From Micropruina sp. (GTDB lineage Bacteria; Actinomycetota; Actinomycetes; Propionibacteriales; Propionibacteriaceae), in the NCBI RefSeq assembly GCF_047607385.1, contig NZ_JASGDE010000018.1:2205-66204 (forward strand): a stretch of DNA of 64,000 nucleotides. Direction: 5' to 3'. Positions 1 to 8,763 of the stretch are shown piece after piece. Under the pieces are notes generated by a model, which saw only the letters and a list, made by a program, of their open reading frames with translations, was not told the DNA's origin and did no database searches. Position numbers and translations under genes: made by a program. How positions within the stretch are numbered: position 1 is the first letter of the stretch; each line of letters opens with the position of its first letter.

Positions 1-1188
<1,188 letters not shown>

Positions 1189-1280
1189 TCCTGCGGACTC
1201 CTGATCGGTCGAGCGCATCACTTCCGGTGACACGCGAAGCAGCTCTCGGGAGACGGGCAGACCGGACCCCGAGTTCACAG

Positions 1281-2324
1281 CCTAGATGATCAATTCCTGG
1301 GGGTGTTAGTGGTCGTAGGCGGTCAGTGTTCTTCTGGCTAGGGAGTTTGTGTGGTGGTTGTGCCAGATGGCGGTGGTCAGGGCGAGGATGCGTTGCGCAA
1401 CCCGTGCGGCGACGCCGGCCGGGGTGCGGCCGCCGTGTGCTTCGAGGTCGAGTTGGCCCTTCAACGTGTCGTTGACCGACTCGATGACCTGGCGTAGTGG
1501 TTTGAAGAACCGTTGCCCGCGTCGGGGCTTCTCGCCCTTGCGGGCCGGGCGGAGCAGATCGATCCCTGCCCGATCCAGCCCGGTCTCGAACTCGCGGCCC
1601 AGGTAGCCCTTGTCGGCGATGATGATCTGACGCCGCCGCTGGGGCCGGTCCTGCAACGCGGCGGTCGCGTCGAGCAGGTGTTCCAGGACGTCGCGTTCGT
1701 CGGCTTTCGCACCGGTCAACGCCCAGGCCAGGGGCAGGCCGTGCAGGGTGCACACCAGATGCAGCCGGAGGCCCCAGAAGTAGCGGGAATGAGAAGCGCA
1801 ATACCCGTACTCGGCCCATCCGGCCAAGTCAGAGCGTTTCGCGGTCTCCCGGGACCGGCCACACTCCACCGGGGTGGAGTCCACCACCCACACATCATCA
1901 GTGACCACCGGCAACTGTCGGGCCAGCTCCGCAGCAAGCCACGCCATGGTGCCGTTCAGCTTCCGTAACCGCTTGTTATACCCGGACTGGCGGGGCAGAT
2001 ACGGAAACATGCCACTCAGGTGCCGATGGGCGTAGCGCAACCAACGAGCCTCCGAGACGTAGCCGAGGAACGCCTGCATCACAGCCAACACGATCAGTTC
2101 AGCATCGCTGATCCGCTCCACGAACCCGGTCACCGGCCGGGCCGGTACCTGCTCGGGATGCGCCTTCAACAGATCATCAGCGCTCACGTAGAGTGCTGTC
2201 GCGAGGGTGTCCAGATCGGTGTCCATCAAAGCCTCCAGAGCTTGGTTGGTTCGCAACACCGACTCTGCGACACCCTCACCCACACCCCCAGACGCCACAC
2301 CGCCCCAGGACTTACTCATCTAGG
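1281..2324 (-). mobile_element. IS982-family insertion sequence (about 1.04 kb) with imperfect terminal inverted repeats
   Basis: CCTAGATGATCAATTCCTGGGG (1281-1302) matches the reverse complement of 2303-2324 (CCTAGATGAGTAAGTCCTGGGG) at 19/22 positions. A single DDE transposase ORF fills the interior. I could not see a target-site duplication. Confidence 0.75.
1306..2223 (-). CDS. IS982-family DDE transposase
   Basis: The ORF-track protein (1306..2319) contains MDTDLDTLATALYVSADDLL...DSTPVECGRSRETAKRSDLAGWAEYGYCASHSRYFWGLRLHLV...IIADKGY, which is typical of IS982 transposases. The first 32 codons of the maximal ORF overlap the right IR, so I place the start at Met33 (2223). Confidence 0.85.
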   Translation of the reverse strand, partial: DTDLDTLATALYVSADDLLKAHPEQVPARPVTGFVERISDAELIVLAVMQAFLGYVSEARWLRYAHRHLSGMFPYLPRQSGYNKRLRKLNGTMAWLAAELARQLPVVTDDVWVVDSTPVECGRSRETAKRSDLAGWAEYGYCASHSRYFWGLRLHLVCTLHGLPLAWALTGAKADERDVLEHLLDATAALQDRPQRRRQIIIADKGYLGREFETGLDRAGIDLLRPARKGEKPRRGQRFFKPLRQVIESVNDTLKGQLDLEAHGGRTPAGVAARVAQRILALTTAIWHNHHTNSLARRTLTAYDH

Positions 2325-2332
2325 AGCAGTAG

Positions 2333-2554
2333 GGACGCCGGCTCACCCAAAGCACCCTGCTGGCCCAGACCGAGGCGGCCCTCGACACCGAGAAGGACAC
2401 CCCAGCGGGCGCCGACATCGACCACGGCATCGATCCCCTCGACAGACTGGAGATCGGCAAGGCCAGCGTCCTGCACCGAGCGATGCTGCAGGCCCCAACC
2501 CCTCCGAAGCGTAACATTTATGTTACGCTCTTCATGAGAGGAGTCCCCCCATGA
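2333..2554 (+). pseudogene. Start-less 3' fragment (73 codons) of an unknown gene, abutting the IS and translationally coupled to the XRE gene
   Basis: The frame GRRLTQSTLLAQTEAALDTEKDTPAGADIDHGIDPLDRLEIGKASVLHRAMLQAPTPPKRNIYVTLFMRGVPP* has strong G/C third positions. It has no ATG/GTG/TTG near its 5' end and opens right after a TAG at 2330-2332, 6 nt from the IS end. Its TGA overlaps the ATG at 2551 (ATGA). Confidence 0.45.
2509..2528. promoter_or_regulatory. Perfect palindrome GCGTAACAT-TT-ATGTTACGC, candidate operator of the XRE/HigA-like protein
   Basis: 9-bp arms with a 2-bp spacer, locally AT-rich, 23 bp upstream of the XRE start codon. Confidence 0.5.
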
Positions 2555-2961
2555 CCGATACCAGCGCCTTCTGGGATGACCTCGCGCACGACCTTGAAGA
2601 CCCCGAGTTCCTGCGGGAGTTCGTGGTCGAGTCCATGCGCATCGCCACCATCGACGAGGTTGTCAACGCGCTCGACGATGCTCGCGAGGCGGCCGGCCTG
2701 TCCAAGGCGGAGCTCGCTCGCGCGATCCAGGTCGAGCCTGCGACCATCCGCCGACTCTTCGCTTCTGAGAAGTCCAACCCCACGCTCGGCACGCTGGCCG
2801 AGGTGGCCGCCGCACTCGGGATGAGGATCACGCTCGAACCCCTCGATGACGACGAGCGGTCGCAGGTCACCGAGCCACTCCTGGCCGGTCGCACTGTCGA
2901 CCCCGTCAGTCTCGCGCGACATCTCCACAGCTTGCGGACCCGCTCCAAAGTGTCGGCGTAA
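2551..2961 (+). CDS. XRE-family helix-turn-helix protein, HigA-like antitoxin architecture
   Basis: 136 aa. The HTH segment reads LSKAELARAIQVEPATIRRLFASEKSNPTLGTLAEVAAALG, after an acidic N-terminal region (FWDDLAHDLEDPEFLREF). RBS gagagga lies upstream. Confidence 0.8.
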   Translation: MTDTSAFWDDLAHDLEDPEFLREFVVESMRIATIDEVVNALDDAREAAGLSKAELARAIQVEPATIRRLFASEKSNPTLGTLAEVAAALGMRITLEPLDDDERSQVTEPLLAGRTVDPVSLARHLHSLRTRSKVSA

Positions 2962-3038
2962 CGTCAGACGATCGAGCGCGGGTTACGGCGCTTCGTAGTC
3001 AAGCAGGGCAGAACAGCCGATTTTCTATCGTAACCTCT

Positions 3039-3084
3039 CCCGAAATTGTAGTGTTGCAACGCCCGAAACTGTAGCGTTGGCGAC
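3039..3084 (+). repeat. Two tandem 23-bp direct repeats ending at the ATPase start codon
   Basis: CCCGAAATTGTAGTGTTGCAACG (3039-3061) and CCCGAAACTGTAGCGTTGGCGAC (3062-3084), 18/23 identical. Confidence 0.6.
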
Positions 3085-4377
3085 ATGGTGGAATCGAGAC
3101 CAGCGCCGATCGGGTATCGGCGTCGCACCGTCGACGACGATCTCGACGCGCTCATGCCGGGGCTTGCCGCCATCAGCATCGAGGGCCCCAAGGCGGTCGG
3201 CAAGACCGCTACAGCGCTCACTCGGGCCGCCACCGTCTACCAGCTCGACGACATCGGTCAGCGCCAGATCATCGAGGCGGACCCGAACCGCCTGACGCAG
3301 GGTGCACTGCCGATCCTCGTGGACGAATGGCAGAAGTGGCCGCCGAGTTGGGACGTGATCCGGCGAGCGGTCGACGCGAACCCGTCCCCGGGGCGCTTCC
3401 TGCTCACCGGCTCCGCCTCGCCGACCGGCGTCGACACCCATTCCGGCGCCGGGCGAATCGTCCCCATCCGCATGCGCCCAATGTCACTGGCAGAGCGAGG
3501 ATTCACCGCATCGGTGAGCCTTGCCAAGCTGCTCACGGGATCACGACCGGACATCTCCGGCAGCACGCCAGCCACCTTGAACGACTACGTCATCGAGATC
3601 CTTGCGGGCGGCTTCCCCGGCATGCGCGGGCTGACGGACCGGCAGCTCCGAACAGCCCTCGACGGCTACCTGGACCGCGTTGTCGACCGCGACTTCCCGG
3701 AGCAGGGGATGACTCTGCGGCGACCCGACAGCCTGCGGTCGTGGATGCGAGCCTACGCGGCCGCAACAGCCACAACTGCCAGCTTCGAGACCATTCGCGA
3801 CGCTGCCACGCCCGGCGTGGGCAACAAGCCGTCCCTGACCACGACGCTGCCCTGGCGGGACATCCTGACCCGGCTCTGGATTCTGGACCCGGTGCGGGCC
3901 TGGCTTCCGTCGGACAACAAGCTCAAGGAACTCGCGTCGTCCGACAAGCACCACCTCGTCGACCCGGCGTTAGCGGCCCGACTTCTCCAGGCGACGCCGC
4001 GAAAATTGCTTGGCGGCGAACAGCCCGAGCTGGCCGTCCCTCGCGACGGCACGTTCCTCGGCGCACTGTTCGAGAGCCTGGTCGCGTTGAATCTGCGCGT
4101 CTACGCGCAAGCCGCCGAAGCCGACGTACGCCATCTACGGACCCAGCGCGGCGAACGCGAGATCGACTTCATCGTCATTGGGCCGGACGGGGGCGTCGTC
4201 GCTGTCGAAGTGAAACTCTCGGCAACGGTGAGCACCGGCGACACCAAGCACCTCCGGTGGCTGAAAGAACGCATCGGAGACCAGCTCCTGGATTCGGTGC
4301 TCGTCACCACCGGCACCGAGGCTTACCGTCGCCAGGACGGCATCGCCGTGGTTCCCGCCGCCCTGCTCGGCCCATGA
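3085..4377 (+). CDS. AAA+ ATPase with C-terminal DUF4143-type domain
   Basis: 430 aa. Walker A-like GPKAVGKT, then DEWQKWP, LLTGSASP and a C-terminal REIDFIV...VEVK restriction-endonuclease-like tail, as in AAA_14/DUF4143 proteins. Confidence 0.85.
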   Translation: MVESRPAPIGYRRRTVDDDLDALMPGLAAISIEGPKAVGKTATALTRAATVYQLDDIGQRQIIEADPNRLTQGALPILVDEWQKWPPSWDVIRRAVDANPSPGRFLLTGSASPTGVDTHSGAGRIVPIRMRPMSLAERGFTASVSLAKLLTGSRPDISGSTPATLNDYVIEILAGGFPGMRGLTDRQLRTALDGYLDRVVDRDFPEQGMTLRRPDSLRSWMRAYAAATATTASFETIRDAATPGVGNKPSLTTTLPWRDILTRLWILDPVRAWLPSDNKLKELASSDKHHLVDPALAARLLQATPRKLLGGEQPELAVPRDGTFLGALFESLVALNLRVYAQAAEADVRHLRTQRGEREIDFIVIGPDGGVVAVEVKLSATVSTGDTKHLRWLKERIGDQLLDSVLVTTGTEAYRRQDGIAVVPAALLGP

Positions 4378-4395
4378 AGGACCGCCGTCCGAGGC

Positions 4396-4560
4396 TTACT
4401 GCTCGGCGGGACTCTCCGGTGACTCGGCGTCCCGCCGGGGCACCCGGATCTTGCCGATCTCATGCCGCATGCTGCGGTACAGCAGGTACATCACCCCGCC
4501 GATGAAGACCACCATCAGCAGGGGGAACCAGCTGGCGTCCGCTAGATCGAGTAGGACCAT
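4396..4560 (-). CDS. Small single-pass membrane protein downstream of mca (hypothetical)
   Basis: The last 54 codons of the spurious 387-aa ORF read MVLLDLADASWFPLLMVVFIGGVMYLLYRSMRHEIGKIRVPRRDAESPESPAEQ: one TM helix plus a charged tail. It overlaps the mca stop by 19 nt. The start is uncertain. Confidence 0.4.
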   Translation of the reverse strand: MVLLDLADASWFPLLMVVFIGGVMYLLYRSMRHEIGKIRVPRRDAESPESPAEQ

Positions 4561-5486
4561 GTGTCGAGCGTAATCGGATTTCGGGTGTCGATGCCCGCGA
4601 AGAGGTCGTCCTCGGGCAAGGTCACCGGAACCATCGACTTGGCGAGCTGGTAGTCCTCGGTGGGCCAGCCGGCCTGCTGAATGGCCAGCGGCACGGCGAA
4701 CCAGGGCCCGTCGGGGTCGATCTGGCTGGCATGCGCGCGCAGCGCATGGTCGCGCAGCGGGAAGTACTCCGCGCACGGCACGAAGGTGGTCAGCCGGTCC
4801 TCCACCTCGTCGCGCTCCCAGTTCTTCAGCCACTCCGCGTACGGACTCTCCAGGCCGTGGGCGTGCATCAACTCGTCCAGCTTCGCGAACCGGGCCCGGT
4901 GGAAGCCCATGTGGTAGTAGACCTTGAGCACCTGCCAGGGCGCGCCGTGCTCGGGCCAGGCGTCCGGGTCGGCAGCCGCGTCGACCGCCGCCATCGAGAT
5001 CTTGTGGCACATGATGTGGTCGGGATGCGGGTAGCCGCCGCTCTCGTCGTAGGTGGTCAGCACGTGCGGACGGAACTCGCGGATCACCTTGACCAGGGCA
5101 CCGGCCGCAACCTCGGGATCCTGCAGGCCGAAGCAGCCCTCGGGAAGCGGCGGCAGCGGATCGCCTTCGGGCAGGCCGGAGTCGACGTAGCCGAGCCAGG
5201 TCTGCTCGATGCCCAGGATGGTCTTCGCCCGGGCCATCTCCTCGGTGCGCAGTGTGGAGATCCGGGCCCAGTTCTCCGGCGTGTCCATCTTCGGGTTGAG
5301 GATCGAACCCCGCTCGCCGCCGGTACAGGTGGCGACCAGCACCTGCACGCCTTGGGCCACGTATTTCGCGGTGGTGGCCGCTCCCTTGGACGACTCGTCG
5401 TCCGGGTGGGCGTGGACGTGCAGCAGCCGCAACGGCTCGCCGAACCCGTCCACACGGATCGAACTGGTGCTGGACATGGGCGCCAT
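4542..5486 (-). CDS. mca: Mycothiol S-conjugate amidase (LmbE/MshB-Mca family)
   Basis: LRLLHVHAHPDDESSKGAATTAKYVAQGVQVLVATCTGGERGSILNP matches the Mca N-terminus. The neighbours DUF4307 and greA are as in mycobacteria. Confidence 0.85.
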   Translation of the reverse strand: MAPMSSTSSIRVDGFGEPLRLLHVHAHPDDESSKGAATTAKYVAQGVQVLVATCTGGERGSILNPKMDTPENWARISTLRTEEMARAKTILGIEQTWLGYVDSGLPEGDPLPPLPEGCFGLQDPEVAAGALVKVIREFRPHVLTTYDESGGYPHPDHIMCHKISMAAVDAAADPDAWPEHGAPWQVLKVYYHMGFHRARFAKLDELMHAHGLESPYAEWLKNWERDEVEDRLTTFVPCAEYFPLRDHALRAHASQIDPDGPWFAVPLAIQQAGWPTEDYQLAKSMVPVTLPEDDLFAGIDTRNPITLDTWSYSI

Positions 5487-5548
5487 TGTGCCCAGCGGCG
5501 CGTCCCGGACGCGGCACGATCCACTCGGCGGACGGGCAGAATGGGCCG

Positions 5549-5950
5549 GTGACCATCACCGCAGCCGACCGCGAACGGATCCGCCGGCGCTACCCGCCCA
5601 AGCGACTCTCCCCCGCCATCGTCGCCGTGCTCGGCGTGGTGGTGATCGCCCTGATCGGCTACGTGGTGTGGGTGGCGTCGCACCGTGCGAACCCCCCGGT
5701 CACCGGACGGATCGACACCTTCGCCGTGGTCTCCGACAACGAGATGCGTGCCACGCTGGCCGTCGACCGTCCGGATCCGCAGGTGGCCGCCAAGTGCTTC
5801 CTGATCGTCCAGGCGGTCAGCTACGACCGGGTCGGGGAACGCTGGGTCGAGGTGCCGCCGGGCACCGAGCAGGTCACCAAGGTGGACGTCAGCCTGCGTA
5901 CCTTCAAGCGCGGCACGGCCATCTCGGTGGACAGCTGCGGGCCGGCCTGA
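5549..5950 (+). CDS. DUF4307-domain membrane protein
   Basis: VTITAADRERIRRRYPPKR, then a TM helix AIVAVLGVVVIALIGYVVWV, then a beta-rich domain. The track ORF starts at a TTG at 5486, which would abut the mca start. The in-frame GTG at 5549 is more plausible. Confidence 0.7.
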   Translation: MTITAADRERIRRRYPPKRLSPAIVAVLGVVVIALIGYVVWVASHRANPPVTGRIDTFAVVSDNEMRATLAVDRPDPQVAAKCFLIVQAVSYDRVGERWVEVPPGTEQVTKVDVSLRTFKRGTAISVDSCGPA

Positions 5951-5981
5951 AGCCTTCCCGGGAAGTTGGTAGGCTCGCTCG

Positions 5982-6494
5982 ATGGCTGACGAGCAGGTTG
6001 ACACGATCTGGCTGACCCAGGAGGCGTTCGACGCCGCCAGCGCGGAACTCGAACACCTCAAGGGTCCGGGGCGCGCCGCGGTGACCGCGAAGATCGCCCG
6101 GGCCCGCGACGAGGGGGATCTGAGCGAGAACGCGGGCTATCACGCCGCCCGCGACGAGCAGGGCCAGCAGGAATTGCGAATCCGGCAACTGGAATCGATG
6201 CTGCGGCACGCCCAGGTCGGAGAGGCGCCCGCCGGCGACATCGACCAGGTGTCCCCCGGCTGCCAGGTGACCATCGCCTACGACGACGATCCGGACGACA
6301 CCGACACCTTCCTGCTCGGTTCGCGGGAGCTGATGGCGCTGGACGACTCCACCGACATCGAGGTGTTCTCGCCGCAGTCGCCGCTGGGTGCCGCGATCAT
6401 CGGCAAGAAGGTCGGCGAGACGGTCAGCTACTCGGCCCCCAACGGCAAGCCGATCGAGGTCACCATCCTCGAAGTGCGTCCCTACAAGGCCTGA
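5982..6494 (+). CDS. greA: Transcription elongation factor GreA
   Basis: 170 aa. LTQEAFDAASAELEHLKGPGRAAVTAKIARARDEGDLSENAGYHAARDEQGQQELRIRQLE plus the C-terminal FKBP-like domain. Confidence 0.95.
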   Translation: MADEQVDTIWLTQEAFDAASAELEHLKGPGRAAVTAKIARARDEGDLSENAGYHAARDEQGQQELRIRQLESMLRHAQVGEAPAGDIDQVSPGCQVTIAYDDDPDDTDTFLLGSRELMALDDSTDIEVFSPQSPLGAAIIGKKVGETVSYSAPNGKPIEVTILEVRPYKA

Positions 6495-6539
6495 TCGAAC
6501 CGGGGACGGTTCACGGCGCCGCCGCTTCGAAGGGAGCCG

Positions 6540-7274
6540 GTGATGGACGGGCGGGTCATCCGGAAGCTGGTGATCCTTGCCTGCGCCCTGGCGACGCTCA
6601 CCGCCTGCGTTTCCCCGCGTCCGTCACGGTCACCGGAGCCGGCCCCACCAAGCACGGCGGGCATCGGCCAGGAGGTCCTGCCCTCGGCAACCCCGATCGA
6701 CTGGGCGACCTATGCGGATCATCTGGTGACCGTCACGGTGGAGTCCGAGCGACGGCTGCCGATCTCCGAGGACGAGCGCGAGGCTGGCGAGGGCAGCATC
6801 GCCCGAGAGCTCACCATGACCGTGACGGACGTGCCGTGGTCACGTCCGGGAACCTCGACGGCAGCGCCGAAGACGCTGACCTGGCCCGAACTCGGCTGGA
6901 CATTCGATCGGGAGGGCGAGCGGCCACTTCGGATGAGCGGTGTGCCGTGGGTCGAGGTCGGCCGGAACTACCTGATCCCGGTGACGTTCATCCCCAAGGG
7001 GGACGGGGACGCACTGATGGACATGTGGATTCCGCTGGGTCTGCAGAACCAACTCCCGTTCCAGGACCAGGTGATTGGCAAGGGCGAGGAAATCCCGCTG
7101 GGCAACGGCGAGATCTACGCCGGGAAGACCCGCGGAACAGTGTCCACCGTCCGCGATCGCGCCTGGGGCAAGGGTTCGTCCGATCTGGTCGAACTGCTCC
7201 GCACCACCGCCCCCGACCCAAGAGCCCGGATGAGCCTGCCACCGCTGAGCCGCTACGCGGAGACTCAGAAGTAG
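6540..7274 (+). CDS. Hypothetical lipoprotein
   Basis: Signal peptide with lipobox (ILACALATLTAC), RBS agggag. No recognisable domain. Confidence 0.7.
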   Translation: MMDGRVIRKLVILACALATLTACVSPRPSRSPEPAPPSTAGIGQEVLPSATPIDWATYADHLVTVTVESERRLPISEDEREAGEGSIARELTMTVTDVPWSRPGTSTAAPKTLTWPELGWTFDREGERPLRMSGVPWVEVGRNYLIPVTFIPKGDGDALMDMWIPLGLQNQLPFQDQVIGKGEEIPLGNGEIYAGKTRGTVSTVRDRAWGKGSSDLVELLRTTAPDPRARMSLPPLSRYAETQK

Positions 7275-7298
7275 CGTCGCCGAGTTGACTCCGGCGTC

Positions 7299-7436
7299 CG
7301 AGAACCGTCCCCAACGGTCGAAAATCGCACCGTCGAGAACCGTCCCCGAGGGTTGGGTTTCGCACCCCGGGGACGGTTCTCAACGGTCGGGGACGGTTCT
7401 CGACGGTTGAAAATCGACGACTCGGGGACGGTTCTC
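7299..7436. repeat. Cluster of five copies of the 13-mer GAGAACCGTCCCC / GGGGACGGTTCTC (2 forward, 3 inverted)
   Basis: Exact copies lie at 7300-7312 and 7335-7347 (GAGAACCGTCCCC) and at 7369-7381, 7389-7401 and 7424-7436 (reverse complement). ACGGTYGAAAATCG spacers are also repeated. The cluster fills the gap between two convergent stops. Confidence 0.85.
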
Positions 7437-7842
7437 AGGGCAGCCGGGCGAGTAGCGCCGCGGCCTTGTCCGGGGCCAGGGTTCCGGCCGCCACTTGGGC
7501 GAGCACCTGCTCGCGGGTTCCGGACGGGGTCGCCGCACTCTGCGCACTCTCGGACGCCGCGGCGTCCGGTTCGCCGGCCAGGCCGAGCTTGACCAGCAGG
7601 TCGGTGAACCGGGATCGCGCGGTCGGGTAGGACACCCCGAGGTGCTTCTCGACCTCGCGCAGGTTGCCTCGGGAGCTGAGGAAGACGGTGAGCAATTCCA
7701 GCTCCTTGGCGTCCAGAGCGCAGAACGCGCAGCGGGCGAAATGGCCGGACAGTTCGGTGCCGCAGCCGGGACAGCCGAGCCGGCTGGTGACCAGCTCATC
7801 GCCGCACACCGGGCAGTCGGTCGGCGGACGCAGCCCGCTCAC
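7435..7842 (-). CDS. DUF2089-type zinc-ribbon/HTH protein
   Basis: VSGLRPPTDCPVCGDELVTSRLGCPGCGTELSGHFARCAFCALDAKELELLTVFLSSRGNLREVEKHLGVSYPTARSRF. The GTG start at 7842 overlaps the upstream TGA (GTGA). The N-terminal 65 codons of the track ORF look spurious. Confidence 0.75.
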   Translation of the reverse strand: MSGLRPPTDCPVCGDELVTSRLGCPGCGTELSGHFARCAFCALDAKELELLTVFLSSRGNLREVEKHLGVSYPTARSRFTDLLVKLGLAGEPDAAASESAQSAATPSGTREQVLAQVAAGTLAPDKAAALLARLP

Positions 7843-8717
7843 CGCAGGTCGGCCTTGATCGTGGCCCAGCCCATCACCACGCCGACATCGAGCCGGGCGG
7901 CGCCGTTGCCGAGCACCACCTCGTCCACATTGTCGTTGTCGGTGCCGGCCCAGCTGACCTTGCCGAGCTGGACGTCGGTGCGCACGGTGACGTTCGACCG
8001 GTCGCCCAGTTCGATGTCGAGCGATCCCGACTCGCAACGGATCCGCGACCGTCCAGACGCCAGATCGCCGCGGATGCTGGCCGATCCGGCCTGCACCAGG
8101 ACATCGTTGGCCTCCGCGACCCGGTCGAGCGTGGCACCGCCGGCGGTGATCCGGACCTTGCCCAGGAACGGGACCCCTTCGGTGGTCAGCATGCCGGCGG
8201 TCACCTCGGCGTCCACGGCGATGGTGGGGTTGACCCGGACCAGCAGCTCCTTGCCGAGGCCCAGCGCCCGCAGGTCGTCGAAGCTGCGCGGCGGCCGCAG
8301 GATGAAGCCGTCCAGGCTGGGGCCCTGATCGCCGTCGCTGGTCACCTCGAGCACCGAGCCGCTGCGCCGCAACACGTGCGGGCCGTCGACGGACGCGGTG
8401 GCGACGCTGCCGTCGGCGACGATCCGAACCCGGCGAGCGACGGCGCGGACGCTGACCCGGTCGACGCCCTTGGCGCCGGTGGCTCGGCGCGCGCTGGGCG
8501 GCGCCTCCTGATCGACGAACGGCGGCTGGCTGAACACGCCGGCCGAATGCTGCGGGGCATCGGCGGCGATCTCATCGGCGACCTCGGCGTCCGAGGGCTC
8601 GGCGGTCGGCGGGGTGGACGCCTTCAGGACGTCGATGCGGCGGGCGGCTTCGGACGCGTCGATCCGTCCAGCGGCCAGCTCCTCAAGGATCTCGGTGAGA
8701 TCAGGTTCAGTTGCCAT
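7839..8717 (-). CDS. Hypothetical protein with SHOCT-like N-terminus and DUF4097-like beta-strand repeat body
   Basis: MATEPDLTEILEELAAGRIDASEAARRIDVLK, then a repetitive beta-rich region (VRIVADGSV..., IRCESGSLDIELG..., VTVRTDVQLGKV). It is the usual partner of DUF2089 genes. Start taken at Met40 of the track ORF. Confidence 0.65.
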   Translation of the reverse strand: MATEPDLTEILEELAAGRIDASEAARRIDVLKASTPPTAEPSDAEVADEIAADAPQHSAGVFSQPPFVDQEAPPSARRATGAKGVDRVSVRAVARRVRIVADGSVATASVDGPHVLRRSGSVLEVTSDGDQGPSLDGFILRPPRSFDDLRALGLGKELLVRVNPTIAVDAEVTAGMLTTEGVPFLGKVRITAGGATLDRVAEANDVLVQAGSASIRGDLASGRSRIRCESGSLDIELGDRSNVTVRTDVQLGKVSWAGTDNDNVDEVVLGNGAARLDVGVVMGWATIKADLR

Positions 8718-8733
8718 GCAGCAAATGTAAACC

Positions 8734-8756
8734 GCTCTTTTCAGAATAGAAAGAGC
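8734..8756 (-). terminator. AT-rich hairpin GCTCTTT-N9-AAAGAGC between the AI-2E transporter stop and the next gene
   Basis: 7-bp stem in a 46-bp AT-rich spacer. It could equally be an operator or promoter element for the DUF4097/DUF2089 operon. Confidence 0.35.
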
Positions 8757-8763
8757 AAGTCGG

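Noticed and set aside
4396-5559. 387-aa minus-strand ORF overlapping mca in another frame
   Set aside because: It is Arg/Gly/Pro-rich and out of frame with the convincing Mca protein. Only its last 54 codons, a small TM peptide downstream of mca, were kept as a low-confidence feature.
7299-7436. Possible CRISPR array because of five identical 13-mers
   Set aside because: The repeats are only 13 bp, occur in both orientations, have irregular 7- to 22-bp spacing with partly repeated spacers, and there are no cas genes.
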